64,000 nt of DNA from Eledone cirrhosa (Eukaryota): assembly GCA_964016885.1 (NCBI GenBank), contig CAXHJY010001273.1, forward strand, positions 125,206 to 189,205, read 5' to 3'. A program made the translations under genes and the position numbers. Below, in pieces: positions 38,527 to 54,300 of the stretch; position 1 is the first letter of the stretch; each line of letters starts with the position of its first letter. A model generated the notes under the pieces. The model saw only the letters and a list, made by a program, of their open reading frames with translations, ran no database searches and was not told the DNA's origin.

Positions 38527-39749
38527 ATTGACACCAGCATCACCATTATTATTATTATTATTATTATTATTGTAAATTGCAAGATTAAAAGAAATATGTT
38601 TTCAACTTTCATCAATGTCGATGTTGGTGTTGTTGTTGGTGTTGTTGTTTTTGCTTAAATGTTGAAATTTTAACTGCTGTTATTGGTGATTTGGTTCTGG
38701 CTTTTGATATCGTTGTTGTTGACACTATTGCTGTAGCAGTAGTAGTAGTAACTGAGGATGATGATAGTAACGATATTTCAACGCTATTCAACATTCATAT
38801 ATATATCTACACGCCGTCGAAACGGTAAGAACTCAGCCGTCGGTCACTAACTCTTTATATTACCTACACTCTGCTTTCCCAAGCATCGAGAAGTTAGTTG
38901 AACAATGATATTACTAGTCTAAATTAGCAACTTCCTATCTATCTATCTAGCCATCTATCTAGCTAGATAGCTAGATAGCCCCTCCCCCTCTCTCTATATA
39001 TGTGTGTGTTTGTCAAAACACAATCTATTTTTAGAACCTTTGAGCAAATTATGAATTTGAATATTAAGTTAACCCAAGAGTCAACGGCTTCAACGCACGT
39101 TTTTGCATAGGAAAAACTGTCTGTCCATCTCCAGCGGCTTATATGACCCCCCCCCCCCAACTCTCACACACAACCCCTCACACACACATACAACCCCTCA
39201 GATACACACATATTAATCAAACTTGCTTTTCTGAGTTTCGCGATTGCCCAGTGATCACGCAATATATGCATATATACAAGATGTAAATAGATGTAGAAGC
39301 TCTATTTCTACTGTTTTTATCAACATTTCTTTGTATTTTTTCTTCTCCATATTTTGGCCTGACCTCCTTACAGTTTGTTTGGAATAATAAACATTAACCT
39401 CCAACTCTTAATTCTGTTGGGGTTTTAATGTCTGTCTGTGTGTCGTTCATGAAATTTCTGGTTTAAAATGTAACAACAACAACAACAGAAACATTAATAA
39501 CTAAAACAGCAAACGGAATAATAACAATATCAGCAATATAGAAAACCAATTGTAAAGGAAACAACAACAGCAACAACATTATCAACAACAACAATAGCAA
39601 CAACAACAATAGCAACAACAACAATAGCAACAACAACTACACTAACAATAGCAACAACTACAACATTAATAACTATAACCCCAAATAGCAAACGAAATAG
39701 TACAAACGAAAACAACGCCAAGTAGCAATAGAGACAACAGCATATCTTC

Positions 39750-40310
39750 CATCATCGCCACCTCTACCACCAGCTACCCCCATCATTACCATCGCAACCA
39801 GCACCTCCACCGCCAAAACTCCCACCAATGCCACCACCACCATAAACCACCACCATCACCACCACCATCACCACTACCACCACCACCACCAACTCTGCCA
39901 CAACCAATACCAACAAGCACCTCTACCATCACTTCTACCACCACCAACTCTGCCATAACCAATACCACCAAGCACCATCACCACCACCTCAACAACAACA
40001 ATCACCATTACCATTATACCTGCAAGACCACAGCCATCATCACCATCATCACCACCAGCACCACCACCACCATCATCACTCCATCACCACTACCACTACA
40101 ACCACTACACCGTCATCACCACCATCGCCACTCCATCACCACCACCATCGCCACTCCATCACCACCACCATTCAATCACCACCACCACCACACCATCATC
40201 TTCACCACCACCAGACATTCACCACACCGCTCCCATCACCACCATCACCAGCACACCACCACCACCACCAGCACACCACCACCACTACCACCACCATCAC
40301 CACTAACAAC
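39750..40310. repeat. Degenerate (ACC)n
   Basis: Direct reading. Confidence 0.9.
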
Positions 40311-40504
40311 AACAGCCACAACGAAAATAACAAGGAGCAATAGAATCAACAATAACAATTAAGTCAACAACAACAACAACATCAAGAAATACGAAAATAA
40401 AAAAACAATCCCTATAAAACGTCAAAAGACCACAAAAAATTCACATCAATCCGTAAGAATAACAAAAATCTAGAAAAAATATCGATAAATCGATAGAAAT
40501 CAAA

Positions 40505-41638
40505 AACAATAACAACAGCAACAACTGTAATAACACCGACAACTGTAACAGTAACAACAACACCGACAACTGTAACAGTAACAACAACAACACCGACAAC
40601 TGTAACAGTAACAACAACAACAGCAACATCTGTAACAGTAACAACAACAACAGCAACATCTGTAACAGTAACAACAACACCGACAACTGTAACAGTAACA
40701 ACAACACCGACAACTGTAACAGTAACAACAACAACAGCAACATCTGTAACAGTAACAACAACAACAGCAACATCTGTAACAGTAACAACAACACCGACAA
40801 CTGTAACAGTAACAACAACACCGACAACTGTAACAGTAACAACAACAACAGCAACATCTGTAACAGTAACAACAACAACAGCAACAGCTGTAACAGTAAC
40901 AACAACAACAGCAACATCTGTAACAGTAACAACAACAACACCGACAACTGTAACAGTAACAACTAACAACAACAACAGCAACAACTGTAACAGTAACAAC
41001 AACAACAGCAACAGCTGTAACAGTAACAACAACAACAGCAACATCTCTAACAGCACCAACAACTGTAACAGTAGCAGTAAATACAACAACAACAACAACA
41101 GTACCAGTAAAAACAACAACAACAACAGTACCAGTAAATACAACAATAACAACAACAACAACAGTAGCAGTAAATACAACAACAACAACAACAGTACCAG
41201 TAAAAACAACAACAACAACAGTACCAGTAAATACAACAATAACAACAACAACAACAGTAGCAGTAAATACAACAACAACAACAACAACAACAGTACCAGT
41301 AAAAACAACAACAACAACAGCAGTACCAGTAAAAACAACAACAACAACAGTACCAGTAAATACAACAATAACAACAACAACAACAGTACCAGTAAATACA
41401 ACAACAACAACAACAACAACAGTACCAGTAAATACAACAATAACAACAACAACATCAGTACCAGTAAATACAACAACAACAACAGTACCAGTAAAAACAA
41501 CAACAACAACAGTACCAGTAAAAACAACAACAACAACAGTACCAGTAAATACAACAACAACAACAACAGTACCAGTAAATACAACAACAACAACAACAAC
41601 AGTACCAGTAAATACAACAACAACAACAGTACCAGTAA

Positions 41639-41673
<35 letters not shown>

Positions 41674-44177
41674 GTACCAGTAAATACAACAACAACAACA
41701 GTACCAGTAAAAACAACAACAACAACAACAGTAGCAGTAAAAACAACAACAACAACAACAGTACCAGTAAAAACAACAACAACAACAGTACCAGTAAAAA
41801 CAACAACAACAACAACAACAGTACCAGTAAAAACAACAACAACAACAGTACCAGTAAATACAACAACAACAACAGTACCAGTAAAAACAACAACAACAAC
41901 AGTACCAGTAAAAACAACAACAACAACAGTACCAGTAAAAACAACAACAACAACAGTACCAGTAAAAACAACAACAACAACAGTACCAGTAAAAACAACA
42001 ACAACAACAGTACCAGTAAATACAACAACAACAACAGTACCAGTAAAAACAACAACAACAACAACAGTACCAGTAAAAACAACAACAACAACAGTACCAG
42101 CAAATACAACAACAACAACAACAGTACCAGTAAAAACAACAACAACAACAGTACCAGTAAATACAACAACAACAACAACAGTACCAGTAAATACAACAAC
42201 AACAACAACAGTACCAGTAAAAACAACAACAACAACAGTACCAGTAAATACAACAACAACAACAACAGTACCAGTAAATACAACAACAACAACAGTACCA
42301 GTAAAAACAACAACAACAACAGTACCAGTAAATACAACAACAACAGTACCAGTAAAAACAACAACAACAACAACAGTACCAGTAAAAACAACAACAACAA
42401 CAGTACCAGTAAATACAACAACAACAACAACAGTACCAGTAAAAACAACAACAACAACAGTACCAGTAAATACAACAACAACAACAACAGTACCAGTAAA
42501 TACAACAACAACAACAACAGTACCAGTAAAAACAACAACAACAACAGTACCAGTAAATACAACAACAACAACAACAGTACCAGTAAATACAACAACAACA
42601 ACAACAGTACCAGTAAAAACAACAACAACAACAACAGTACAAGTAAAAACAACAACAACAACAACAGTACCAGTAAAAACAACAACAACAACAGTAGCAG
42701 TAAATACAACAACAACAACAACAACAGTACCAGTAAAAACAACAACAACAACAGTACCAGTAAAAACAACAACAACAACAACAACAGTACCAGTAAATAC
42801 AACAACAACAACAGTACCAGTAAATACAACAACAACAACAACAGTACCAGTAAATACAACAACAACAACAACAGTACCAGTAAAAACAACAACAACAACA
42901 GTACCAGTAAAAACAACAACAACAACAGTACCAGTAAATACAACAACAACAACAACAGTACCAGTAAAAACAACAACAACAACAGTACCAGTAAAAACAA
43001 CAACAACAACAGTACCAGTAAAAACAACAACAACAACAACAGTAGCAGTAAATACAACAACAACAACAACAGTACCAGTAAATACAACAACAACAACAAC
43101 AACAGTAGCAGTAAATACAACAACAACAACAACAGTACCAGTAAATACAACAACAACAACAACAACAACAGTACCAGTAAATACAACAACAACAACAACA
43201 GTACCAGTAAAAACAACAACAACAACAACAGTACCAGTAAATACAACAACAACAACAACAACAACAGTACCAGTAAATACAACAACAACAACAGTACCAG
43301 TAAAAACAACAACAACAACAACAGTACCAGTAAATACAACAACAACAACAACAACAACAGTACCAGTAAATACAACAACAACAACAACAGTACCAGTAAA
43401 AACAACAATAACAACAGTACCAGTAAATACAACAACAACAACAACAACAGTAGCAGTAAATACAACAACAACAACAACAGTACCAGTAAATACAACAACA
43501 ACAACAACAACAACAGTACCAGTAAATACAACAACAACAACAACAACAACAGTACCAGTAAATACAACAACAACAACAACAGTACCAGTAAATACAACAA
43601 CAACAACAACAGTACCAGTAAAAACAACAACAACAACAACAACAGTACCAGTAAATACAATAACAACAACAACAGTACCAGTAAATACAACAACAACAAC
43701 AACAGTACCAGTAAATACAACAACAACAACAACAGTACCAGTAAATACAACAACAACAACAACAACAGTACCAGTAAATACAACAACAACAACAAGAGTA
43801 CCAGTAAAAACAACAACAACAACAAGAGTACCAGTAAATACAACAACAACAACAACAACAGTACCAGTAAATACAACAACAACAACAACAGTACCAGTAA
43901 ATACAACAACAACAACAACAACAGTACCAGTAAAAACAACAACAACAACAACAACAGTACCAGTAAATACAATAACAACAACAACAGTACCAGTAAATAC
44001 AACAACAACAACAACAACAGTACCAGTAAAAACAACAACAACAACAGTACCAGTAAAAAGAACAACAACAACAACAACAGTACCAGTAAATATAACAACA
44101 ACAACAACAACAGTACCAGTAAATACAACAACAACAACAACAACAGTACCAGTAAATACAACAACAACAACAACAGT
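40505..44177. repeat. (CAA)n-based minisatellite with CTGTAACAGTAA and then CAGTACCAGTAAA(T/A)A spacers
   Basis: Direct reading. The 1253-aa poly-Leu ORF is an artefact. Confidence 0.95.
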
Positions 44178-44272
44178 CAGAAGCTAATAATTAAATAAAG
44201 AAAAAGATAGTAAAATATTGAAGAAAAAGATATGATGGTAAATCCAAGGATATTCTATATTGTTTGGTCTGA

Positions 44273-45500
44273 CTGTAGTGTGGTGTGGTGTAGTGTGGTG
44301 TGGTGTGGTGTAGTGGTGTATTGTGGTGTGGTGTGGTGTGGTGTGGTGGGGGTGTGTAGTGAGGTGTGTGGTGTGGTGTGGTGTGGTCTGGTGGTGTGGT
44401 GTGGTGTAGTGGTGTGGTTGTGTGGTGTAGTGTGGTGTGGTGTAGTGTGGTGTGGTGTGGTGTAGTGGTGTAGTGTGGTGTGGTGTGGTGTAGTGGTGTA
44501 GTGTGGTGTGGTGTGGTGTGGTGTGGTGGGGGTGTGTAGTGAGGTGTGTGGTGTGTGTGGTGTGGTGTGGTCTGGTGGTGTGGTGTGGTGTAGTGGTGTG
44601 GTTGTGTGGTGTAGTGTGGTGTGGTGTAGTGTGGTGTGGTGTAGTGTGGTGTGGTGTGGTGTAGTGTGGTGTGGTATGGTGTAGTGTGATGTGGTGTAGT
44701 GTAGTGTGGTGTGGTGTAGTTTAGTGTGGTGTGGTCTGGTGTAGTGTGGTGTGGTCTGGTGTAGTGTGGTGTGGTCTGGTGTAGTGTGGTGTGGTATGGT
44801 GTAGTGTGGTGTGGTGTGGTGTGTAGTGAGGTGTGTGGTGTGGTGTGGTGTGGTCTGGTGGTGTGGTGTGGTGTAGTCGTGTGGTGTAGTGGTGTGGTTG
44901 TGTGGTGTAGTGTGGTGTGGTCTGGTGTAGTGTGGTGTGGTGTAGTGATGTGTGGTGTGGTGTAGTGTGGTGTGGTATGGTGTGGTGTAGTGTAGTGTGG
45001 TGTGGTGTAGTTTAGTGTGGTGTGGTCTGGTGTAGTGTGGTGTGGTCTGGTGTAGTGTGGTGTGGTATGGTGTAGTGTGGTGTGGTATGGTGTAGTGTGG
45101 TGTGGTGTGGTGTGGTGTGGTGATGTGGTGTGGTGGTGTGGTGTGGTGGTGTGGTGTGGTGGAGTGTTGTGTTGTGTGGTGTGGTCTGGAGGTGTGGTGG
45201 TGTGGTGGTGTCGTGTGGTGTGGTGGTGTGGTGCAGTGTTGTGTTGTGTGGTGTGGTCTGGAGGTGTGGTGGTGTGGTGTGGGGGTGTCGTGTGGTGATG
45301 TGGTGGAGTGTTGTGTTGTGTGGTGTGGTCTGGAGGTGTGGTGGTGTGGTGGTGTCGTGTGGTGTGGTGTTGTGTGGTGTGGTGTGATGGGCTGTAGTGT
45401 ATTGATGTAGTGTAGTATGAATATAGTGTGGTGTGGTCTGGTTGTGTGGTCTTGTGGTGTAGTGTGTGGTGGTGTGGTGTAGCGTGTGGTGGTGTGGTGT
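44273..45500. repeat. (GTGTG/GTGTA)n pentamer repeat
   Basis: Direct reading. Confidence 0.95.
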
Positions 45501-45967
45501 GGTATATATGTCTGTGGTGTGGTATATGTGTGTGTGGGATGTAGTGTGGTGTGTGTTGTGGTGTGTATATCTTTGTGTGTGTGCCTTTGTGGTGTGTGTT
45601 GGACCAACTATGTTTTATCTGAGTGTGGTGTGTGTATTGTGTTGTTTTGTGTGTATATCTTTGTGACTATGATATTTTTTGTGAGTTTGTTCTGTGTGTG
45701 TGTTTTATGTATGTGATGTGTATGTTTGTGTGTATATGTGTATGTGGTGTGTGAATTGTGAATGAATTGTGTATGCGCCTGTGTAGAAGATACGGATGTT
45801 CCAATAATATTTCCTCTCTCTCTTTCTCTATGTATGTATGTATGTTTATCTCTTTCTCTTAAGTTCGAGTATAATTTTGACCGGCCACCTTCCTGGTGGC
45901 AAGGTTGTAAAAGAAAAGAAATTGTCATCCCTTGAATCGCAAGAATGTATGTATGTATGTTTGTGTG

Positions 45968-45994
<27 letters not shown>

Positions 45995-45998
<4 letters not shown>

Positions 45999-46106
45999 AG
46001 TGTATTGTTATTTATTAATGTTAAAATTATATGATTTTTATGTAAAACCCCGCCGTCAAGTCTTGTAATGTCCCATTTGTATACGCCCCTGTGGCAAATA
46101 AAGAAA
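45995..46106 (+). mobile_element. 3'-terminal fragment of a Tx1-like element ending in (TATC)n
   Basis: gtccc..ttgt..gcccctgtggcaAATAAAGAAA followed by gatatctatctatc resembles the 3' ends at 41-90 and 37281-37325. Confidence 0.6.
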
Positions 46107-46334
46107 GATATCTATCTATCTATCTATAGAAATCAATCTATCTGTTCAACTCTCTTACTCTCTCCCTCCCTCTCTCGTTCTCTATATCCCACCCTCCTCA
46201 TCTCTATCTATCGATATCTCAGCTTTGATCAACAATCTTATCAATATGAAATCTTGTCTGATCAGATAACATTTCATATTTTCTTATCGAATCTAGAAAC
46301 ACACACACATACACTCGCGCACTCATATATACAT

Positions 46335-46416
<82 letters not shown>

Positions 46417-46619
46417 TAACCTAGCGTTTATGAAATAGAAGTCCTTAACTGTGAAAAACATGAACTGTGAAGTGTAAACACCTTGCACTGTTCCTCCCTA
46501 CACAGAAAAACATAAGAAATAATCTTAATGCTGCATTTCAGAGGTAATATACATACATCCATCTATCCAGCCATGCATACATACATACTTACATATATAT
46601 ATATAAACATATATGTATG

Positions 46620-46718
<99 letters not shown>

Positions 46719-46854
46719 TCATCATCATCATCATCATCATCACATACATGCCGAGGTTTACAAGAGTTGTCTTGTTTGGAGGATTGAGCAGTCAGGTGAC
46801 CAGACCTTTCGTTTTTTATATGACTTCTATGGTTAGATGCCCTTCCTAATGCCA

Positions 46855-47425
46855 ATCACTTTACAGAGTGTCCTGGGTGTATTTTATCATGACACCAATA
46901 CTATCACCTTACAGAGTGTACTGGGAGTATTTTGTCGTGACATTAGTACTATCACCTTACAGAGTGTACTGGGAGTATTTTATCGTGACATTAGTACTAT
47001 CACCTTACAGAGTGTACTGGGAGTATTTTATCGTGACATTAGTACTATCACCTTACAGAGTGTACTAGGAGTATTTTATCGTGACATTAGTACTATGACC
47101 TTACAGAGTGTACTGGGAGTATTTTATCGTGACATTAGTACTATCACCTTACATAGTGTACTGGGAGTATTTTATCGTGACATTAGTACTATCACCTTAC
47201 AGAGTGTACTGGGAGTATTTTATCGTGACATTAGTACTATCACCTTACAGAGTGTACTGGGAGTATTTTATCGTGACATTAGTACTATCACCTTACAGAG
47301 TGTACTGGGAGTATTTTATCGTGACATTAGTACTATCACCTTACAGAGTGTACTGGGTGTATTTTATCGTAACATTAGTATTATCACCTTACAGAGTGTA
47401 CTGGGTGTATTTTATCGTGATTTTA
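46855..47425. repeat. 48-bp tandem repeat (~12 copies) grown from the end of an interspersed repeat
   Basis: Unit ttacagagtgtactgggagtattttatcgtgacattagtactatcacc. The first unit is contiguous with gatgcccttcctaatgccaatcactttacagagtgt. Confidence 0.92.
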
Positions 47426-47448
47426 TCGTATTTTATCGTGTATTTTAT

Positions 47449-47972
47449 GTTGGCTGACCACTACACTCCATCTCTCACTGTTGGCTGACCACTATACTCC
47501 ATCTCTCACTGTTGGCTGACCACTACACTCCATCTCTCACTGTTGTCTGACAACTACACCCCATCTCTCACTGTTGGCTGACCACTACACTCCATCTCTC
47601 ACTGTTGTCTGACCACTACACCCCATATCTCACTGTTGGCTGACCACTACACTCCATCTCTCACTGTTGTCTGACCACTACACCCCATCTCTCACTGTTG
47701 GCTGACCACTACACTCCATCTCTCACTGTTGGCTGACCACTACACTCCATCTCTCACTGTTGGCTGACCACTACACTCCATCTCTCACTGTTGGCTGACC
47801 ACTACACTCCATCTCTCACTGTTGGCTGACCACTACACTCCATCTCTCACTGTTGGCTGACCACTACACCCTCGGCAGCTATCTTTCACTCTCAACCAGT
47901 CACTGTCCTCCCAGCCAGGCCGAGATATAACGTGTCACGATAAAATACTCCCAGTACACTCTGTAAGGTGAT
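47449..47972 (-). repeat. Inverted copy of the 48-bp / linker / 31-bp satellite junction
   Basis: Reverse complement of ~48272-48800. Confidence 0.9.
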
Positions 47973-47979
47973 AATACAT

Positions 47980-48312
47980 TAGTATTATCACCTTACAGAG
48001 TGTACTGGGAGTATTTTATCGTGACATTAGTACTATCACCTTACAGAGTGTACTGGGAGTATTTTATCGTGACATTAGTACTATCACCTTACAGAGTGTA
48101 CTAGGAGTATTTTATCGTGACATTAGTACTATGACCTTACAGAGTGTACTGGGAGTATTTTATCGTGGCATTAGTACTATCACCTTACAGAGTGTACTGG
48201 GAGTATTTTATCGTGGCATTAGTACTATTACCTTACAGAGTGTACTGGGAGTATTTTATCGTGACATTAGTACTATCACCTTACAGAGTGTACTGGGAGT
48301 ATTTTATCGTGA
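47980..48312. repeat. 48-bp tandem repeat (~7 copies)
   Basis: Same unit as 46855-47425. Confidence 0.92.
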
Positions 48313-48378
48313 CACGTTATATCTTCGGCCTAGCTGGGAGGACAGTGACTGGTTGAGAGTGAAAGATAGCTGCCGAGG

Positions 48379-51300
48379 GTGTAGTGGTCAGCCAACAGTG
48401 AGAGATGGAGTGTAGTGGTCAGCCAACAGTGAGAGATGGAGTGTAGTGGTCAGCCAACAGTGAGAGATGGAGTGTAGTGGTCAGTCAACAGTGAGAGATG
48501 GAGTGTAGTGGTCAGGCAACAGTGAGATATGGAGTGCAGTGGCCAGCCAACAGTGAGAGATGGAGTGTAGTGGTCAGCCAACAGTGAGAGATGGAATGTA
48601 GTGGTCAGGCAACAGTGAGATATGGAGTGCAGTGGTCAGCCAACAGTGAGAGATGGAGTGTAGTGGTCAGCCAACAGTGAGAGATGGAGTGTAGTGTTCA
48701 GCCAACAGTGAGAGATGGAGTGTAGTGGTCAGCCAACAGTGAGAGATGGAGTGTAGTGGTGAGCCAACAGTGAGAGATGGAGTGTAGTGGTCAGCCAACA
48801 GTGAGAGATGGAGTGTAGTGGTCAGCCAACAGTGAGAGATGGAGTGTAGTGGTCAGCCAACAGTGAGAGATGGAGTGTAGTGGTCAGACAACAGTGAGAG
48901 ATGGAGTGTAGTGGTCAGCCAACAGTGAGAGATGGAGTGTAGTGGTCAGCCAACAGTGAGAGATGGAGTGTAGTGGTCAGACAACAGTGAGAGATGGAGT
49001 GTAGTGGTCAGACAACAGTAAGAGATGGAGTGTAGTGGTCAGTCAACAGTGAGAGATGGAGTGTAGTGGTCAGCCAGCAGTGAGAGATGGAGTGTAGTGG
49101 TCAGACAACAGTGAGGGATGGAGTGTAGTGGTCAGCCAACAGCGAGAGATGGAGTGTAGTGGTCAGTCAACAGTGAGAGATGGAGTGTAGTGGTCAGGCA
49201 ACAGTGAGATATGGAGTGCAGTGGTCAGCCAACAGTGAGAGATGGAGTGTAGTGGTCAGCCAACAGTGAGAGATGGTGTGTAGTGGTCAGCCAACAGTGA
49301 GAGATGGAGTGTAGTGGTCAGCCAACAGTGAGAGATGGAGTGTAGTGGTCAGCCAACAATGGGAGATGGAGTGTAGTGGTCAGCCAACAGTGAGAGATGG
49401 AGTGTAGTGGTCAGCCAACAGTGAGAGATGGAGTGTAGTGGTAAGCCAACAGTGAGAGATGGAGTGTAGTGGTCAGCCAACAGTGAGGGATGGAGTGTAG
49501 TGGTCAGCCAACAGTGAGAGATGGAGTGTAGTGGACAGCCAACAGTGAGAGATGGAGTGTAGTGGTCAGCCAACAGTGAGAGATGGATTGTAGTGGTCAG
49601 CCAACAGTGAGAGATGGAGTGTAGTGGTCAGCCAACAGTGAGAGATGGAGTGTAGTGGTCAGCCAACAGTGAGAGATGGAGTGTAGTGGTCAGCCAACAG
49701 TGAGAGATGGAGTGTAGTGGTCAGACAACAGTGAGAGATGGAGTGTAGTGGTCAGCCAACAGTGAGAGATGGAGTGTAGTGGTCAGCCAACAATGAGAGA
49801 TGGAGTGTAGTGGTCAGACAACAGTGAGAGAATGAGTGTAGTGGTCAGACAACAGTAAGAGATGGAGTGTAGTGGTCAGTCAACAGTGAGAGATGGAGTG
49901 TAGTGGTCAGCCAACAGTGAGAGATGGAGTGTAGTGGTCAGACAACAGTGAGGGATGGAGTGTAGTGGTCAGCCAACAGTGAGAGATGGAGTGTAGTGGT
50001 CAGCCAACAGTGAGAGATGGAGTGTAGTGGTCAGCCAACCGTGAGAGATGGAGTGTAGTGGTCAGACAACAGTGAGAGATGGAGTGTAGTGGTCAGACAA
50101 CAGTGAGAGATGAAGTGTAGTGGTCAGAAAACAGTGAGAGATGGAGTGTAGTGGTCAGCCAACAGTGAGAGATGGAGTGTAGTGGTCAGACAACAGTGAT
50201 AGATGGAGTGTACTGGTCAGACAACAGTAAGAGATGGAGTGTAGTGGTCAGTCAACAGTGAGAGATGGAGTGTAGTGGTCAGCCAACAGTGAGAGATGGA
50301 GTGTAGTGGTCAGACAACAGTGAGGGATGGAGTGTAGTGGTCAGCCAACAGTGAGAGATGGAGTGTAGTGGTCAGCCAACAGTGAGAGATGGAGTGTAGT
50401 GGTCAGCCAACAGTGAGAGATGGAGTGTAGTGGTCAGGCAACAGTGAGAGATGGAGTGTAGTGGTCAGACAACAGTGAGAGATGGAGTGTAGTGGTCAGC
50501 CAACAGTGAGAGATGGAGTGTAGTGGTCAGCCAACAGTGAGAGATGGAGTGTAGTGGTCAGCCAACAGTGAGAGATGGAGTGTAGTGGTCAGCCAACAGT
50601 GAGAGATGGAGTGTAGTGGTCAGACAACAGTGAGAGATGGAGTGTAGTGGTCAGACAACAGTAAGAGATGGAGTGTAGTGGTCAGTCAACAGTGAGAGAT
50701 GGAGTGTAGTGGTCAGCCAACAGTGAGAGATGGAGTGTAGTGGTCAGACAACAGTGAGGGATGGAGTGTAGTGGTCAGCCAACAGTGAGAGATGGAGTGT
50801 AGTGGTCAGCCAACAGTGAGAGATGGAGTGTAGTTGTCAGTCAACCGTGAGAGATGGAGTGTAGTGGTCAGACAACAGTGAGAGATGGAGTGTAGTGGTC
50901 AGCCAACAGTGAGAGATGGAGTGTAGTGGTCAGACAACAGTGAGAGATGGAGTGTAGTGGTCAGCCAACAGTGAGAGATGGAGTGTAGTAGTCAGACAAC
51001 AGTGAGAGATGGAGTGTAGTGGTCAGACAACAGTAAGAGATGGAGTGTAGTGGTCAGTCAACAGTGAGAGATGGAGTGTAGTGGTCAGCCAACAGTGAGA
51101 GATGGAGTGTAGTGGTCAGACAACAGTGAGGGATGGAGTGTAGTGGTCAGACAACAGTGAGAGATGGAGTGTAGTGGTCAGCCAACAGTGAGAGATGGAG
51201 TGTAGTGGTCAGCCAACCGTGAGAGATGGAGTGTAGTGGTCAGACAACAGTGAGAGATGGAGTGTAGTGGTCAGACAACAGTGAGGGATGGAGTGTAGTG

Positions 51301-54300
51301 GTCAGCCAACAGTGAGAGATGGAGTGTAGTGGTCAGCCAACAGTGAGAGATGGAGTGTAGTGGTCAGCCAACAGTGAGAGATGGAGTGTAGTGGTCAGGC
51401 AACAGTGAGAGATGGAGTGCAGTTGTCAGCCAACAGTGAGAGATGGAGTGTAGTGGTCAGCCAACAGTGAGAGATGGAGTGTAGTGGTCAGCCAACAGTG
51501 AGAGATGGAGTGTAGTGGTCAGCCAACAGTGAGAGATGGAGTGTAGTGGTCAGCCAACAATGGGAGATGGAGTGTAGTGGTCAGCCAACAGTGAGAGATG
51601 GAGTGTAGTGGTCAGCCAACAGTGAGAGATGGAGTGTAGTGGTCAGCCAACAGTGAGAGATGGAGTGTAGTGGTCAGACAAGAGTGAGAGATGGAGTGTA
51701 GTGGTCAGACAACAGTAAGAGATGGAGTGTAGTGGTCAGTCAACAGTGAGAGATGGAGTGTAGTGGTCAGCCAACAGTGAGAGATGGAGTGTAGTGGTCA
51801 GACAACCGTGAGGGATGGAGTGTAGTGGTCAGCCAACAGTGAGAGATGGAGTGTAGTGGTCAGTCAACAGTGAGAGATGGAGTGTAGTGGTCAGGCAACA
51901 GTGAGATATGGAGTGCAGTGGTCAGCCAACAGTGAGAGATGGAGTGTAGTGGTCAGCCAACTGTGAGAGATGGAGTGTAGTGGTCAGGCAACAGTGAGAT
52001 ATGGAGTGCAGTGGTCAGCCAACAGTGAGAGATGGAGTGTAGTGGTCAGCCAACAGTGAGAGATGGAGTGTAGTGGTCAGACAACAGTGAGAGATGGAGT
52101 GTAGTGGTCAGCCAACAGTGGGGGATGGAGTGTAGTGGTCAGCCAACAGTGAGAGATGGAGTGTAGTGGTCAGCCAACAGTGAGAGATGGAGTGTAGTGG
52201 TCAGCCAACAGTGAGAGATGGAGTGTAGTGGTCAGACAACAGTGAGAGATGGAGTGTAGTGGTCAGCCAACAGTGAGAGATGGAGTGTAGTGGTCAGCCA
52301 ACAGCGAGAGATGGAGTGTAGTGGTCAGACAACAGTGAGAGATGGAGTGTAGTGGTCAGACAACAGTAAGAGATGGAGTGTAGTGGTCAGTCAACAGTGA
52401 GAGATGGAGTGTAGTGGTCAGCCAACAGTGAGAGATGGAGTGTAGTGGTCAGACAACAGTGAGGGATGGAGTGTAGTGGTCAGCCAACAGCGAGAGATGG
52501 AGTGTAGTGGTCAGTCAACAGTGAGAGATGGAGTGTAGTGGTCAGGCAACAGTGAGATATGGAGTGCAGTGGTCAGCCAACAGTGAGAGATGGAGTGTAG
52601 TGGTCAGCCAACAGTGAGAGATGGAGTGTAGTGGTCAGCCAACAGTGAGAGATGGAGTGTAGTGGTCAGCCAACAATGGGAGATGGAGTGTAGTGGTCAG
52701 CCAACAGTGAGAGATGGAGTGTAGTGGTCAGCCAACAGTGAGAGATGGAGTGTAGTGGTAAGCCAACAGTGAGAGATGGAGTGTAGTGGTCAGCCAACAG
52801 TGAGGGATGGAGTGTAGTGGTCAGCCAACAGTGAGAGATGGAGTGTAGTGGACAGCCAACAGTGAGAGATGGAGTGTAGTGGTCAGCCAACAGTGAGAGA
52901 TGGATTGTAGTGGTCAGCCAACAGTGAGAGATGGAGTGTAGTGGTCAGCCAACAGTGAGAGATGGAGTGTAGTGGTCAGCCAACAGTGAGAGATGGAGTG
53001 TAGTGGTCAGCCAACAGTGAGAGATGGAGTGTAGTGGTCAGACAACAGTGAGAGATGGAGTGTAGTGGTCAGCCAACAGTGAGAGATGGAGTGTAGTGGT
53101 CAGCCAACAATGAGAGATGGAGTGTAGTGGTCAGACAACAGTGAGAGATGGAGTGTAGTGGTCAGACAACAGTAAGAGATGGAGTGTAGTGGTCAGTCAA
53201 CAGTGAGAGATGGAGTGTAGTGGTCAGCCAACAGTGAGAGATGGAGTGTAGTGGTCAGACAACAGTGAGGGATGGAGTGTAGTGGTCAGCCAACAGTGAG
53301 AGATGGAGTGTAGTGGTCAGCCAACAGTGAGAGATGGAGTGTAGTGGTCAGCCAACCGTGAGAGATGGAGTGTAGTGGTCAGACAACAGTGAGAGATGGA
53401 GTGTAGTGGTCAGACAACAGTGAGAGATGGAGTGTAGTGGTCAGAAAACAGTGAGAGATGGAGTGTAGTGGTCAGCCAACAGTGAGAGATGGAGTGTAGT
53501 GGTCAGACAACAGTGATAGATGGAGTGTACTGGTCAGACAACAGTAAGAGATGGAGTGTAGTGGTCAGTCAACAGTGAGAGATGGAGTGTAGTGGTCAGC
53601 CAACAGTGAGAGATGGAGTGTAGTGGTCAGACAACAGTGAGGGATGGAGTGTAGTGGTCAGCCAACAGTGAGAGATGGAGTGTAGTGGTCAGCCAACAGT
53701 GAGAGATGGAGTGTAGTGGTCAGCCAACAGTGAGAGATGGAGTGTAGTGGTCAGGCAACAGTGAGAGATGGAGTGTAGTGGTCAGACAACAGTGAGAGAT
53801 GGAGTGTAGTGGTCAGCCAACAGTGAGAGATGGAGTGTAGTGGTCAGCCAACAGTGAGAGATGGAGTGTAGTGGTCAGACAACAGTGAGAGATGGAGTGT
53901 AGTGGTCAGCCAACAGTGAGAGATGGAGTGTAGTGGTCAGCCAACAGTGAGAGATGGAGTGTAGTGGTCAGCCAACAGTGAGAGATGGAGTGTAGTGGTC
54001 AGCCAACAGTGAGAGATGGAGTGTAGTGGTCAGACAACAGTGAGAGATGGAGTGTAGTGGTCAGACAACAGTAAGAGATGGAGTGTAGTGGTCAGTCAAC
54101 AGTGAGAGATGGAGTGTAGTGGTCAGCCAACAGTGAGAGATGGAGTGTAGTGGTCAGACAACAGTGAGGGATGGAGTGTAGTGGTCAGCCAACAGTGAGA
54201 GATGGAGTGTAGTGGTCAGCCAACAGTGAGAGATGGAGTGTAGTTGTCAGTCAACCGTGAGAGATGGAGTGTAGTGGTCAGACAACAGTGAGAGATGGAG

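Noticed and set aside
40412-44173. 1253-aa Leu-rich ORF and 395-aa Cys-rich ORF
   Set aside because: Antisense reading of a (CAA)n minisatellite with no domain content.
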